A stretch of 63,207 bases of DNA, filler included, from Collodictyon triciliatum (GCA_043381765.1; 36 parts of 36 records of this genome joined end to end with filler, not necessarily neighbours in it); one strand, 5' to 3'. Numbered from the whole stretch's first letter, positions 40,504 through 52,890 are shown. Notes: generated from the sequence alone by a model not told the origin. Numbers and translations: made by a program.

Positions 40504-42159
40504 TTCCTTGCTTTTCATACCACCCTGGTTTGCATTCACAAGTGGAGTTTCTCAACTCAAATCCTATCTTGCATTCGCAATCGGTTGAATAAAGAGAGCC
40601 ATTGTTTTTTGTCGTAAATTTATCGCCACAGGATAGGCAGAAATTCGTGCCGTTTGTTGGTTTGTATGAGCCAAATCTGCACGAAACACATTCACTTCCA
40701 TCCTCAAATTTTCCTGGAGGACATGTGCAAATGCCATCATGTGACACATAAGTATCTAAGCACTTGCAATCACCGATTGATTTGGAGCCTTCTTTAATTG
40801 TGGTTGAGCGTGTCGGGCATAAGCTGCATGATGCGCTTCTCTCCGAGCTGTAGCTTCCATTTGGACATGAAATGCATGATGATTGATTGAATGAGCCAGT
40901 TTTGTTGTTGAATGTACCAGCTGGACATGATGTGCATGATGCCTGACCATCTCTATCGTTCCAAGTACCTTGTGGACACTGAATACATGATATGTTTCCA
41001 TATGAGCCGGAGTTTGAGTTGAATGTGCCTTTTGGACAAGTATAGCATGATTGAATGTCTTTTATAATTTCTTCTTCTTGATAGAATCCTGGTGAACATA
41101 AACTGCATGATGCGCTTCTTTCTGAGCTGTAGCTTCCGTTTGGACATGAAATGCATGAAGATTGATTATATGAGCCAGTTTTATTGTTGTACGTACCAGC
41201 GGGACATGATGTGCATGATGCTTGACCATACTTATCATTCCAAGTACTTTGTGGACATTCAATACATGATTTGTTGCTATATGAGCCGGAGTTTGAGTTG
41301 AATGAGCCTTGTGGGCAAGCATGGCATGATTTTGAATCTTTTATGATTCCTTCTTTTTGATAGAATCCTGATGAACATAAGTTGCACGATGAACTTCTTT
41401 CTGAGCTGTAGCTTCCATTCGGACATGAAATGCATGATGATTGATTGAATGAACCAGTTTTATTGTTGTACGTACCAGCGGGACATGATGTGCATGATGC
41501 TTGACCATCTCTATCATTCCAAGTACCTTGTGGGCACTCAATACATGATATATTTCCATATGAGCCGGAGTTTGAGTTGAATGTGCCTTTCGGACAAGTA
41601 TAGCATGATTGAATGTCTTTTATTACTGCCTCTTTTTGGTAAAACCCTGATGAACATAATCTACATGATTCACTGCCAGATGAGCTGTAGCTTCCATTCG
41701 GACATGAAATGCATGATGATTGATTGTATGAGCCACTTTTATTGTTGAATGTACCAGCTGGACATGATGTGCATGATGCTTGACCATCTCTATCATTCCA
41801 AGTACCTTGGGCACATTCAATACATGATTTGTTTCCATATGAGCCGGAGTTTGAGTTGAATGTGCCTTTTGGACAAGAATAGCATGATTGTGAGTCTTTT
41901 GTGATTCCCTCTTTTTGATAGAATCCAGATAAGCATAGACTGCATGGTGAGCTTCTTTCTGTGCTGTAGCTTCCGTTTGGACATGAAATGCATGATGATT
42001 GATTGAATGAGCCGGTTTTGTTATTGAATGTACCAGCTGGACACGATGTGCATGATGCTTGACCATCTCTATCATTCCAAGTACCTTGTGGACATTCGAT
42101 ACATGATTTGTTTCCATATGAGCCGGAGTTTGAGTTGAATGTGCCTTTTGGACAAGCAT
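40504..42159 (-). CDS. Cysteine-rich surface protein fragment with GCC2/GCC3 (ephrin-receptor-like) CPxG repeats
   Basis: Frame mostly missed by the ORF track for lack of a start codon: CPKGTFNSNSGSYGNKSCIECPQGTWNDRDGQASCTSCPAGTFNNKTGS..., running into CTCPPGKFEDGSECVSCRFGSYK. Confidence 0.85.
40830..42159. repeat. 279-bp (93-aa) coding tandem repeat, about 4.8 copies
   Basis: GAGCCGGAGTTTGAGTTGAATG at 41004, 41283, 41562, 41841 and 42120, an exact 279-nt period. Confidence 0.95.
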
Positions 42160-42259
42160 NNNNNNNNNNNNNNNNNNNNNNNNNNNNNNNNNNNNNNNNN
42201 NNNTTAATTAATTAANNNNNNNNNNNNNNNNNNNNNNNNNNNNNNNNNNNNNNNNNNNN

Positions 42260-43915
42260 GTGGAGTTTGAGTTTGGTGCGATGAATCATGGTGTATAGGG
42301 GTTTGAACTGATGGGTGTGACAAAGGTGACGCTCTTGGATGAGGGGACGGAGTACGGTTGGGTGAAGGTGCGAGCGAAGTTGTTGGACGAGGTGGGAGCA
42401 GAGTTCTATTAAGCGAGTGAATCATCGATGGCGGCAAAGGAGGTGGTTGGTGAATAGGTTTCAACGCTGATGATTCGTTGGACACTGGGATGAAGGGTGG
42501 AGCAGAAATTGAGTCAGGAATGGTCGGTAGTTGTTGTGTGTGATGAACTGCTGAAGGTGGAGGAAGTCGACTCAATGACGGAAGGTGAACTTTGTGTGAA
42601 GCCAACATATGTGGTAAAGCTTTTGGTTGGACTGGGGCTAACTCTGTCTTGATATGTAGTTTTTCATTATGTTCCTCATACAATGTTTTATCTGCCAACT
42701 TGCCTGGGGTCTCGGAAATATGTAGTTTTGCAGGTTCGAACTTCTTTGGAGCCAAAGTCGAATGCACATGAAGAGAGCCGTTAGTAATAGGATTGTTTTG
42801 GACTGGGGTTTCTTTCTGTGGTTCTCTCGGCTCATCTTGCTCTTCTAAGCGCGCAGGAGATCTCGGAGAGGGAATAGTATCTGAGTGTGAGTTGAGCATG
42901 TTTTGGCTTTGTGGCTGGATATGGGATTGAATTTCTGAGTGTGGTATGGAAACCATTTCTGGGAAAGAATCCAGCGGAGGAAGAGAGGGAACAGATAATC
43001 CAGTGTGATTTCGTATTTCTGGTGGTAGAGTTGGAGGTGCAGGATATGGACGGTTTCTGTATGGTTTTGAAGCAGACTTTGCTCGGACCACCTCTTGAGA
43101 TTGATTGTTCACTTTGGCAAGATTTGTTGGGCTACTACTTGTAGATGATAGCGAATGAGCAGACCCTTCTGATGGTAAAAATGAGCGAAAGACCCGCAAA
43201 GCTTTCAATCCTTTTAAACGGGACAGGGAAGCAGTCTTTTTGCTCTGATTATTGACATCATGAATAACATTCTGGCTTATTGTTGACAAGTTTAAAGGAT
43301 TTGAGCCAAATGAAGAATTTGAAACAGAAATTGATGGAGCTCTTAAGACTCGTTTTGGTTTTGGTAGTTGAGACTCGCTAGGTTCGCTCATATGAATTTT
43401 TGATGAGTTTATCTCATCCAGAGGGCCACCGGATAAAATGTCATTTACCCTTTCACTATTTTTATTTGATAAATACACCCTGTCAACTTTTGAACTGTTT
43501 TTTTTGGAAATTCTCTTTAAACCACCTGAAAAAATTCTACGAATGAAACCTTTCGGCTTTGAGTCATCGCGCGGTGTATGCGAAGAAATCGAGGAAGCTG
43601 TTGATAGAAAATTATTGCCGAGTAAATTATCAGAACTTACTTGCCTATCTTGGTTGCTATTGTCCTTTGTAATGTTTTCCGTACCACTGCCATCCGTGGA
43701 ATTTGTCGCGTTTTGTTTCGGATGGTCAATCGCCTTATTTTTTCCATTCCTAATAACATTTGTCATAGAACTACTTCCTTTTTCCACAGAACCATAATTC
43801 TTTTTGGAAATGTGCGATTGTCCTTGTTCGGGTGCATTTTTGTTCACTTTTCGGCGACGCAAGAGAAAAAATGCGCAGAAACAAATACCTAAAACACCAA
43901 TGACTCCCCCCACAA
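42260..43915 (-). CDS. Fragment of a single-pass membrane protein: TM helix plus a long Ser/Pro-rich cytoplasmic tail
   Basis: Open frame of about 550 codons across the whole contig; VGGVIGVLGICFCAFFLL followed by the RRRK stop-transfer motif. Confidence 0.75.
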
Positions 43916-44543
43916 NNNNNNNNNNNNNNNNNNNNNNNNNNNNNNNNNNNNNNNNNNNNTTAATTAATTAANNNNNNNNNNNNNNNNNNNNNNNNNNNNN
44001 NNNNNNNNNNNNNNNATAAAAAAACCCCAATAAAAAAACCCCAATAAAAAAACCCCAATAAAAAAACCCCAATAAAAAAACCCCAATAAAAAAACCCCAA
44101 TAAAAAAACCCCAATAAAAAACCCAATAAAAAACCCAATAAAAACCCAATAAAAAACCCAATAAAAAACCCAATAAAAAACCCAATAAAAAACCCAATAA
44201 AAATCCAAAAAACAACCAAAAACCCAATATAAACCAACAGTAGCTTAAAAAACACGAAAGGAAAACTTTAGATCAACACCCAAAATCGTGTCGGGATACT
44301 TGGAACGAACCTGGAGCGGCGGCTTCTGCCAAATTCCAAGAACAAGCGACGTGGGACGGGACTACAAATAAACCTAAAGACAGAATTTAGACTGCCTCAG
44401 AACGGGGGAATGTCCTTCGCTACGACGCTTTTTACTTAAAGCGAGACTCACTGACACACACACACACACAACAGCACATTCGCAGGCTCACAAACCCAGA
44501 GACAGCCTGGTACGTTCGCACGAAAATATATATATATGTAAGC

Positions 44544-45230
44544 ATGACCAAGATGACCAACACTTTGTGCGACGCAAAAAAGGGGCTGTGGCATTTGACC
44601 GAGATTGTCGATAGATTTTATTCTTCTTTTGAGAAGAGGGCGCACACAACTAAGCAAGAGAATGAGATGATTGCTCTTAAGGGAGATATCGAGAAAAGTG
44701 GGTTTATGGTCAGAACAGCCCAATCACGACAAGCTTATCATCGCCCTCACAAACACAGCTTTTTGCTGGTGAAGCATCTGGCAGGCCCTACGGAAAGTAC
44801 AGATGATTGTCCCATCATTGTGGATTTATTCTATAGAGACTTCTTTACATGCAGCCAACAAACTGAGCATTACAACCGCTTCTTCGACCGGCTTCCTCCA
44901 TATTATCTTGGGACCATCCAGTCTCTGCATTCCGTAATCTATCAAGCTACAGCACATCTTCGACAATCCTTTTCTGCTACTTTCAAGTCTTTTCCACCTT
45001 GGAGACAAGCTGGCATCATATTTGGCTATTGGACGGATGTGGAGCTTTTCGTTGCCGATGGATACACACAAGAGTTCGACGAGCTGGTCGGGTGGGTTTA
45101 CCATTCGCTTTCAGAGAGCAAGTTTGATAATGATGGATTGCTCAAAAGTGGCATGGACGGATACGTGGCATCATATCCAACTGACTCATCACCCGACCCT
45201 TCTAGCGACCGTTCTTGCTCACCCAACTGA
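44544..45230 (+). CDS. DUF506 / PDDEXK_6-like protein
   Basis: HSFLLV...IIVDLFYRDFF....TEHY..FFDRLPPYYLGT...L.SVI......LRQSF......FPPWRQ......YW follows the DUF506 pattern (VD.dFR.eF.iArpT..Y...l..LP.vFVG...L..iv...Slk..gl.lPPWR...y...KW). Confidence 0.7.
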   Translation: MTKMTNTLCDAKKGLWHLTEIVDRFYSSFEKRAHTTKQENEMIALKGDIEKSGFMVRTAQSRQAYHRPHKHSFLLVKHLAGPTESTDDCPIIVDLFYRDFFTCSQQTEHYNRFFDRLPPYYLGTIQSLHSVIYQATAHLRQSFSATFKSFPPWRQAGIIFGYWTDVELFVADGYTQEFDELVGWVYHSLSESKFDNDGLLKSGMDGYVASYPTDSSPDPSSDRSCSPN

Positions 45231-45591
45231 TACAGCGCCTATTTAATTTGTACATACCTGTTGCATATCCTTTCATACCACTCACGAACGGGGGATAGCC
45301 TACCTGTTTACAATACTTATTTCATGGAACAAGATACAAATAAACCAAGTAAAAAAAAAAATGTTGACTGTTTGTTTCTTTGCGTGAGACGAATCTTCCT
45401 AGGTTGATCTATTCTATATGATGTAATGCGAAAAAAATGTGGTGATCGCGCGCAGAGGGCGAAAAGGTCACTTGACTACATCCTTAACAACACAGGTTAT
45501 GCACAGAGACACGCCAACAATTAGGACGCCAGCTACCACCGACCTGTGAGTACAACAAACAACTAATAAGACGCAGCGAGCTCTTTGAAAC

Positions 45592-45671
<80 letters not shown>

Positions 45672-48020
45672 NNNNNNNNNNNNNNNNNNNNNNNNNNNNN
45701 NNNNNNNNNNNNNNNTTAATTAATTAANNNNNNNNNNNNNNNNNNNNNNNNNNNNNNNNNNNNNNNNNNNNGGTTCTGTTGCCACCCTTTTGATTCGCAT
45801 GTGCAAAATCAATCATTATTTAGGATAAAATCTCATGGTATAATATCGAACATTAATATGAGTTGAATATGTATAAAAGTATTGGGCTTTCCACAAGGGA
45901 ATTGTATTGATTGCTTGAAACCCATATCTAGTTTGATGATATAACAGCCATGAACCAACAATATAGTGAATGAAATCAAATGAAATCAATTGAAATAAAC
46001 TCGGTATTATATGTTTAAACGAGCAAATCAACCCAGCTACAGAAACCGAAATCCGTTTCATATTTTGAAGCAATAAAATAGGTACGTTTATCAACAAAAT
46101 TACAATAATATCTTCACTAATACAATCCAATCTAATTAGAGGATTTTTAATTCACTAGAAGGCGAAGGATATAGGACAACCAAATCGCGGTATTCTAAGT
46201 TGTCGCAATGAATGTATCGTATGATGTGAATGAAGCGTTTTCATTTTGCAGATGATTTGATTATGTATGATACTTTCAGTGCATATTTTTCCTTGCTGAA
46301 CTTTAAAAGCCATTTGTTAAACTGATTGCTATCTAGTGAAGCGAATTTTCAAAACTATCGAAACCACTCCAAACAACCTGTAACCTGGAACATCGTGGTA
46401 AATAAAAAAAATGAAAGTTACTATTATTACACTCCGAAGTATATATATGAGAAATACATATAATGCATTAGCTAGATATTAAACCACATAGGTATATGAC
46501 CATTCTGTTGAGATATTTCGAATTTAAACACAACTACTGTCTCTACTCCTTGTCTCGCTTCTTTCAATCCACTACTTTAACAAGTGAGCGGTGAGGGGAA
46601 ATTAAAAAAATGTTGACTGCATTTTTTTCCAATTCAATTTACAAAGTTAAACATTTTTTGTTTGTTTACTCAATTGAAAGATGACTTTTCAAATTTATCA
46701 TTTTCTTCATTATCAGTCATCTAACTTATAATTTAACAGCCTTTTGCACTGAACAGAACCTATTTTTTGTGACATTCTCGTTTGGTAATAGTTTTCAATT
46801 TCAGATATCTCAATGTAAATCCTGTTCATTTAATTTTCATTTATGAAACCTTTGATTCGATGCCTCTATTTTCAAAAATTTTTTATTGTACTCCATCTAA
46901 CCCGAGTGTATTTTGACTTATGGTGCGCAAAGCTGTCCAAAAACGCTGTCATTTGTATAATACAACCACCAAATTCGATCACGCTATCAAGCCTGGCGCA
47001 CTTGTTAGATGAAAAGGCATCGGCGGAATAGTTTCCACGTGCAAATATGGATTTCTCTTATCCGATTCAAATGAATCATATTCCTGAGGCGGTGATTAAT
47101 AAAAATTGCCTTGCTGTAGTGGTCGTAATGTTCTGGTCTCCCTTTAAACAAAGTTCTTGTATATTTTTATAGCTTAATATTTGCAATTATGTATGTCCTT
47201 TCTATCTTTTGGTAAAAGTAATTCACTAATTCATGATGCATTCATATTGTACATGTTTGCTGAATATCTTGTTTTTTTCTATGTATAGTGATTATTAATT
47301 ATATTGTTCCGGAGCTGTGTGGTGGTGCATAGTCTTATTGTGTGCGCACAGTGTAATTAAATGCAAATACTTTTATATCATTGTATAAATATATACTTTA
47401 TATTATCTCTTCCAATGGAAATTGTANNNNNNNNNNNNNNNNNNNNNNNNNNNNNNNNNNNNNNNNNNNNTTAATTAATTAANNNNNNNNNNNNNNNNNN
47501 NNNNNNNNNNNNNNNNNNNNNNNNNNTTTTCTTCTTTTCTTTTTCTTCTTTTCTTTTTCTTCTTTTCTTTTTCTTCTTTTCTTTTTCTTCTTTTCTTTTT
47601 CTTCTTTTCTTTTTCTTCTTTTCTTTTCTTCTTTTCTTTTTCTTCTTTTCTTTTTCTTCTTTTCTTTTTCTTCTTTTCTTTTTCTTCTTTTATTTTTCTT
47701 CTTTTATTTTTCTTCTTTTATTTTTCTTCTTTTATTTTTCTTCTTTTCTTCTTTCCCTTCTTTCCTTCTTTCCCTTATTTCCTTTTTTGGCACAAAAATA
47801 CCTCATAAGTATACTGCTTTTACACATTTTATCCTTCTTTACATTACTCATTTCATGAAGTGTTTTTGCAAACATATCAATCACCATCCTTTCTTTTCGT
47901 ACAAGTTTGTCTGTCTCGACTTTTTTATTTTTATTTTTTTTTTTTTGGTTTTTTGTAGGTAGATTCTTACTTTTAATTGCTATATTCTTTTTATTGGATT
48001 TAAGGAAGGGGCTTAAATAT

Positions 48021-48074
48021 GAATTGCTATTCTTTTTTCCTTAATTCGATTCAAATACGACGAATTGTTATTCT
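48021..48074 (-). mobile_element. Third copy of the ultra-short insert (minus strand) with a 13-bp target-site duplication
   Basis: TTTTTCCTTAATTCGATTCAAA (1 mismatch to the reverse-complement consensus) between GAATTGCTATTCT (48021-48033) and GAATTGTTATTCT (48062-48074). Confidence 0.75.
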
Positions 48075-48184
48075 AACTCTAGCTTCAACATTCTATTTAT
48101 CTATTTGCTATTTGAGCTCGATGATGGTTCTCGTTTAATCGAATATACAACCTCAATTTCTGACAAATAAATAATGTTTTTTAG

Positions 48185-48965
48185 GTTCAACCGGACACTG
48201 CTCTTATCATCGTAGCTGCAGTTCTCATTGGCCTGGTCTGATTTACATATTTGCACATCTTTCAGATAATGGTTTTTTCTATAAAGAAAAATTACAGATA
48301 ATATGTTTAGATTAAAATATATTATTTTTATCTATTTTATAACCCATCTTTAGATATAGTTACTAACTTGCACACAAAAAAGGCTGTTTTGTCTTTATTT
48401 ACTTTACAGTGGAGGTATGCAGTCTTCTTGTGGAGAATCATGAGAATGAAGGAAGCGCGGTTACCTTTTGAAAATTACCGGATTCCAAAGGTTTGAAAAT
48501 CTAATTACTTTCTACAATACCTTTTTTTTAAAATATATATGCCTCAGAAATATTGCCCATCTTTATCTGTGTGATATACCTCATTTTTAAATGTAAATAT
48601 GATTAAAATTGATGGTGTAATTTTAGACTGTTCAAGATCAGATATCCACTGAGTTTTCACGGTGCAATATACGCATCAATCCGCCACCGCTAAGGGACGT
48701 CGATATCACAGGGTGGAAGCTTGCAGGTATTGTTCCAATTGTTTGAGTGTGCGACGTGTTCATTATTTTAAAAAAAAAATTGTTTATTCATGTGAAAAGT
48801 CTCTAAGGTAAGTGAATTGAAAAGCTATATGTGAAGAATAAATAGCACATGATGGATGCGAATGGCTTCGATATGTTTGCATAAAATATCTAATTATCTG
48901 TACAGGAAACACCGGATATCCGATGCACATGAAATCATCAATAATTGGGTCTGTTGATGAATTCG
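48185..48965 (+). CDS. Spliced membrane protein fragment, possibly C1orf43(NICE-3)/Dlt1-like
   Basis: In-phase exons VQPDTALIIVAAVLIGL|WRYAVFLWRIMRMKEARLPFENYRIPK|TVQDQISTEFSRCNIRINPPP...TGWKLA|GNTGYPMHMKSSII. The exons are well supported; the family call is weak. Confidence 0.35.
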
Positions 48966-49398
48966 GTATGTATTTGTTGTGAATGCATTCGATCGTTTAT
49001 CCGTATTTGCTTAATATTATTTGAATATTTTTGGTTTTTTGTTTGTTTTTGTTTTTGTTTTTGTTTTTGTTTTTGTTTTTGTTTTTGTTTTTGTTTTTGT
49101 TTTTGTTTTTGTTTTTGTTTTTTTGTTTTGTTTTGTTTTTTTTGTTTTTTTTGTTTTTTTTTTGTCTGTTTTTTTTTGTCTNNNNNNNNNNNNNNNNNNN
49201 NNNNNNNNNNNNNNNNNNNNNNNNNTTAATTAATTAANNNNNNNNNNNNNNNNNNNNNNNNNNNNNNNNNNNNNNNNNNNNATGTATTGATGTATTGATG
49301 TATTGATGTATTGATGTATTGATGTATTGATGTATTGATGTATTGATGTATTGATGTATTGATGTATTGATGTATTGATGTGCTGATGAACTAATCAC

Positions 49399-49700
49399 CT
49401 GACTTTGGAGAAAGGGTACTAATGGCGAAAAGGGCACAATATTGAATATCTGCATCTGTTGATTTGCACATTTCAACCAAATGGACGTGTCCTCCAAGGT
49501 CGAAGAAACTTTCTAAATATGAAAAGTTAGATGTCTCTTTATGTTTGTCGGGATGAACCAACCAGATTATTTGAAAAGTTCATTAGTGAAGAAGCTCACC
49601 ATTGGAGCATGCAAAATGAGCAAAAGCTCGTGCGGCCAGCTTCTTATCCTCGTGTGTCCCTGACTGTATCCTCGTCAACAAAGCTTGAATTGTTTGCGTA
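49399..49700 (-). CDS. Armadillo-repeat protein, internal exons
   Basis: IQALLTRIQSGTHEDKKLAARAFAHFACSN / KFFDLGGHVHLVEMCKSTDADIQYCALFAISTL fits the ARM consensus GG...LV.L..S....Q..A..Al..L. Confidence 0.65.
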
Positions 49701-50075
49701 TCATTTGACTTTGTTTCTTTCTTGTCTGCATAGCAGAACAAAACAAAAAAAATTAGAATAACCTTTTGAAAATATCGAAGCATTATCGATACAATTGAGA
49801 AAATATATTTCCCAAGCATTTCATAAGTATACGTTTCGACAAATTCTATGATAATGTTGAGTTACATTGATAAAAGGATGTTATTTATATTAAACTGTTT
49901 GTAATCCTATAGCTCTTCTAGTTAAAAGATAGAGTTATTGGCATCACAAAATTTTGCTTTATTTTATTTTTGAGTTATGTTCTTATTTATATTTATTTCC
50001 TTTTTTTCCTTTTTTTTTCCTTTTTTTTCCTTTTTTTTCCTTTTTTTTTCCTTTTCTCATCCCGCCTCCATAGCA

Positions 50076-50543
50076 TCACAACAGCGCTGGCAGACCTTCC
50101 GAGCTGACCACAATGGTGGACGTCCCACGCATGGTTGCGTTTGTGGACGGACGAAGCGGCGGGGCGGGCGAGTTGCTCTTGCGCAGGGTGCTGTTTGCGG
50201 GGGCCGCCTGGCCGAGGGCAAAAGGGTTTGACGCGCCGGAAGTGCCGGGGCGGTTGACGAGCGTCTTTGCCGGGGATCCGTTGCGCTTGGAGGGATCGGC
50301 AGGCGACTTGAGGCGCGCCGCTTCGTCGGACGAGATGCGGGCCATGCGATTCGGGCCCTGATCGGCCTCGTTCGAGCGGGATATCGGGCGCATGGTGGAC
50401 GAGGCCGGGGCTATGGCTGTGGCGGGCGGCGTGGCCTTGCGCGTGGCGGCCGAGGCGGTCGGGGCTGCAGCAGCCGCCGAGGGGGCCGGGCCGCGCGGGT
50501 TGCTGTTGGGTCGCAGCGTGCGGTTCGTCTGGCGCGTGGTCAT
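50076..50543 (-). CDS. GC-rich Ala/Pro/Ser-rich hypothetical ORF or first exon
   Basis: 155-aa ORF with ATG in a markedly GC-rich block; low complexity, no family recognised. Confidence 0.35.
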   Translation of the reverse strand: MTTRQTNRTLRPNSNPRGPAPSAAAAAPTASAATRKATPPATAIAPASSTMRPISRSNEADQGPNRMARISSDEAARLKSPADPSKRNGSPAKTLVNRPGTSGASNPFALGQAAPANSTLRKSNSPAPPLRPSTNATMRGTSTIVVSSEGLPALL

Positions 50544-51174
50544 TGCTGCGCCGCGGCTTTTGCAGAGGGGGTTTGAGTCGGGTGGAGTGGAGTGGAGTGG
50601 AGTGGGGTAGTAGGCTGCCGGCGAAGAAGGCGCGGGTTGTGACGAGGCCCAGACTGGCGGAAACGTGGGTTGAGGTGAGGGTTCTTTGTGTGCGATAAGG
50701 TGTAGCTGTTCGAATGATAGTTTTTGTGTTTTTTTTTCTTTTTGACTTCTTTAGTGGAAATGAAGCGTTCTATGACTCACTTTTAGTCAGTTTACTTCCA
50801 AAAAATGAAAGAGCGGTGATGTTTTCTAGTTTTTGTTTTTTGTTTTTTTTGTTTTTTGTTTTTTTGTTTTTTTGTTTTTTTGTTTTTTTGTTTTTTTTGT
50901 TTTTTTGTTTTTTTGTTTTTTTGTTTTTTTGTTTTTTNNNNNNNNNNNNNNNNNNNNNNNNNNNNNNNNNNNNNNNNNNNNTTAATTAATTAANNNNNNN
51001 NNNNNNNNNNNNNNNNNNNNNNNNNNNNNNNNNNNNNTTTTGATTCCGATTCTTGAGCACCGCATTTCTGTTGAGACGGATGAGGGTTTGGTCATTTGAT
51101 TTGGATTTTATGGGTGTGTTGCTAATTTTGGTTCATCTGTATTAGGTTCAAATAGCAAAAATCTGTATTATCTG

Positions 51175-52251
51175 GGGATGGTTTACTATAACCTTGGAAA
51201 GTATATTTTATTCGATGTGTATTTATTTATCGTTTAATTGACTTATTATTTAATAGACATGACAAAGCTCTGGAGTACTATCACAAATCATTGGATATTC
51301 GACTGAAAGTGTTTGGAGAATTCCACCCTGATGTTGCTGCCTCATATAATAATATTGGGGTGGTTTACAAGAATCTTGGAAAGTATCTTTTATTTGATTA
51401 TGTATTATGTTTATCCCTTCATTAACTTATTATTTAATAGGAATGACGAAGCCCTGGAGTATTATCACAAATCATTGGAAATTCGACTGAAGGTGTTTGG
51501 AGAAGTCCACCCTCATGTTGCCGAATCATATAATAATATTGGGATGGTTTACAATAACCTTGGAAAGTATATTTTAATTTGATCATGTGTTTATGTGTAT
51601 CCTTTCGTTAACTTATTATTTAATAGGAATGACAAAGCCCTGGAGTACCACCACAAATCAGTGGAGATTAAGCTGAAGGTGTTTGGAGAAGTCCACCCAA
51701 ATGTTGCCACGTCATATAATAATATTGGGATGGTTTACTATAACCTTGGAAAGTATATTTTAATTTGATCATGTGTTTATGTGTATCCTTTCGTTAACTT
51801 TTTATTTAATAGGTATGAGAAAGCTCTGGAGTACCACCACAAATCACTTGAGATTAAGCTGAAAGTGTTTGGAGAAATCCACCCTAGTATTGCCACTTCA
51901 TATAATAATATTGGAAACGTTTACAAAAACCTTGGAAAGTATCTTTTATTATTGTATATTTATGCTTATCCTTTCATTAACTTATTATTTAATAGATATG
52001 ACAAAGCACTGGAGTACTACCACAAATCACTTGAGATTAAGCTGAAAGTGTTTGGAGAAGTCCACCCAGACGTTGCCACTTCATACCACAATATGGGTGG
52101 CCTACTCATGAACCAGAAAAAATATCAAGAGGCTTTCGAAGTGTATCAAAAAGCCAACACGATATTCAAGACTGTGTATGGCGCAGACCATCCCCATACT
52201 AAGTTTTCAGAAAAGCAAATGATGAATGCACAGAAGATGCTGACCCGATAA
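51175..52251 (+). CDS. TPR protein (42-aa kinesin-light-chain/TPR_12-type repeats), 3' end
   Basis: 126-nt exons 51257-51382, 51441-51566, 51627-51752 and 51813-51938, final exon 51996-52251. Each encodes xDKALEYYHKSLEIxLKVFGExHPxVAxSYNNIGxVYxNLGK. Confidence 0.93.
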
Positions 52252-52792
52252 GTGGCTCGTCTGTTACCCACCCATCTAAACAACCCATTCATCCACCCAT
52301 ACACCACCCTTTCCACAAAAACAAGTACAAGTGAGCGTTATCTCGATGACCGCCAAACCGAAAGAATGCAGACGACTGCTAGCTTGTTTGCAGAGGCTGG
52401 ATGAAAAGAATAAAAAAAAACTAACCAACCTAACCTTTCCAGCAGTTGCCGATAAACGTGACACGTCTCCTGCTTGTTTGATAACCGACCTTGAGTATGT
52501 GTCACAGGCGAAAAGAATGCTTATGTGTTGGTTATCATTGTGCTACTGAGCTGTATGCTTTTATTTGATTCATTCACATTATTATTTTTTTCGCTTGGTT
52601 AAGTGTCGCAATGTCAGCTTCATGGACACAATCTTTTCTTTTTCTTCTTGCGCCCATGATAATGGTGGGCTGTAACGATACATGCACTCGCNNNNNNNNN
52701 NNNNNNNNNNNNNNNNNNNNNNNNNNNNNNNNNNNTTAATTAATTAANNNNNNNNNNNNNNNNNNNNNNNNNNNNNNNNNNNNNNNNNNNNG

Positions 52793-52890
<98 letters not shown>

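Noticed and set aside
41623-42159. His-rich ORFs listed in the 279-bp repeat region
   Set aside because: They are alternative frames of the cysteine-rich CDS and are broken by stops in most units.
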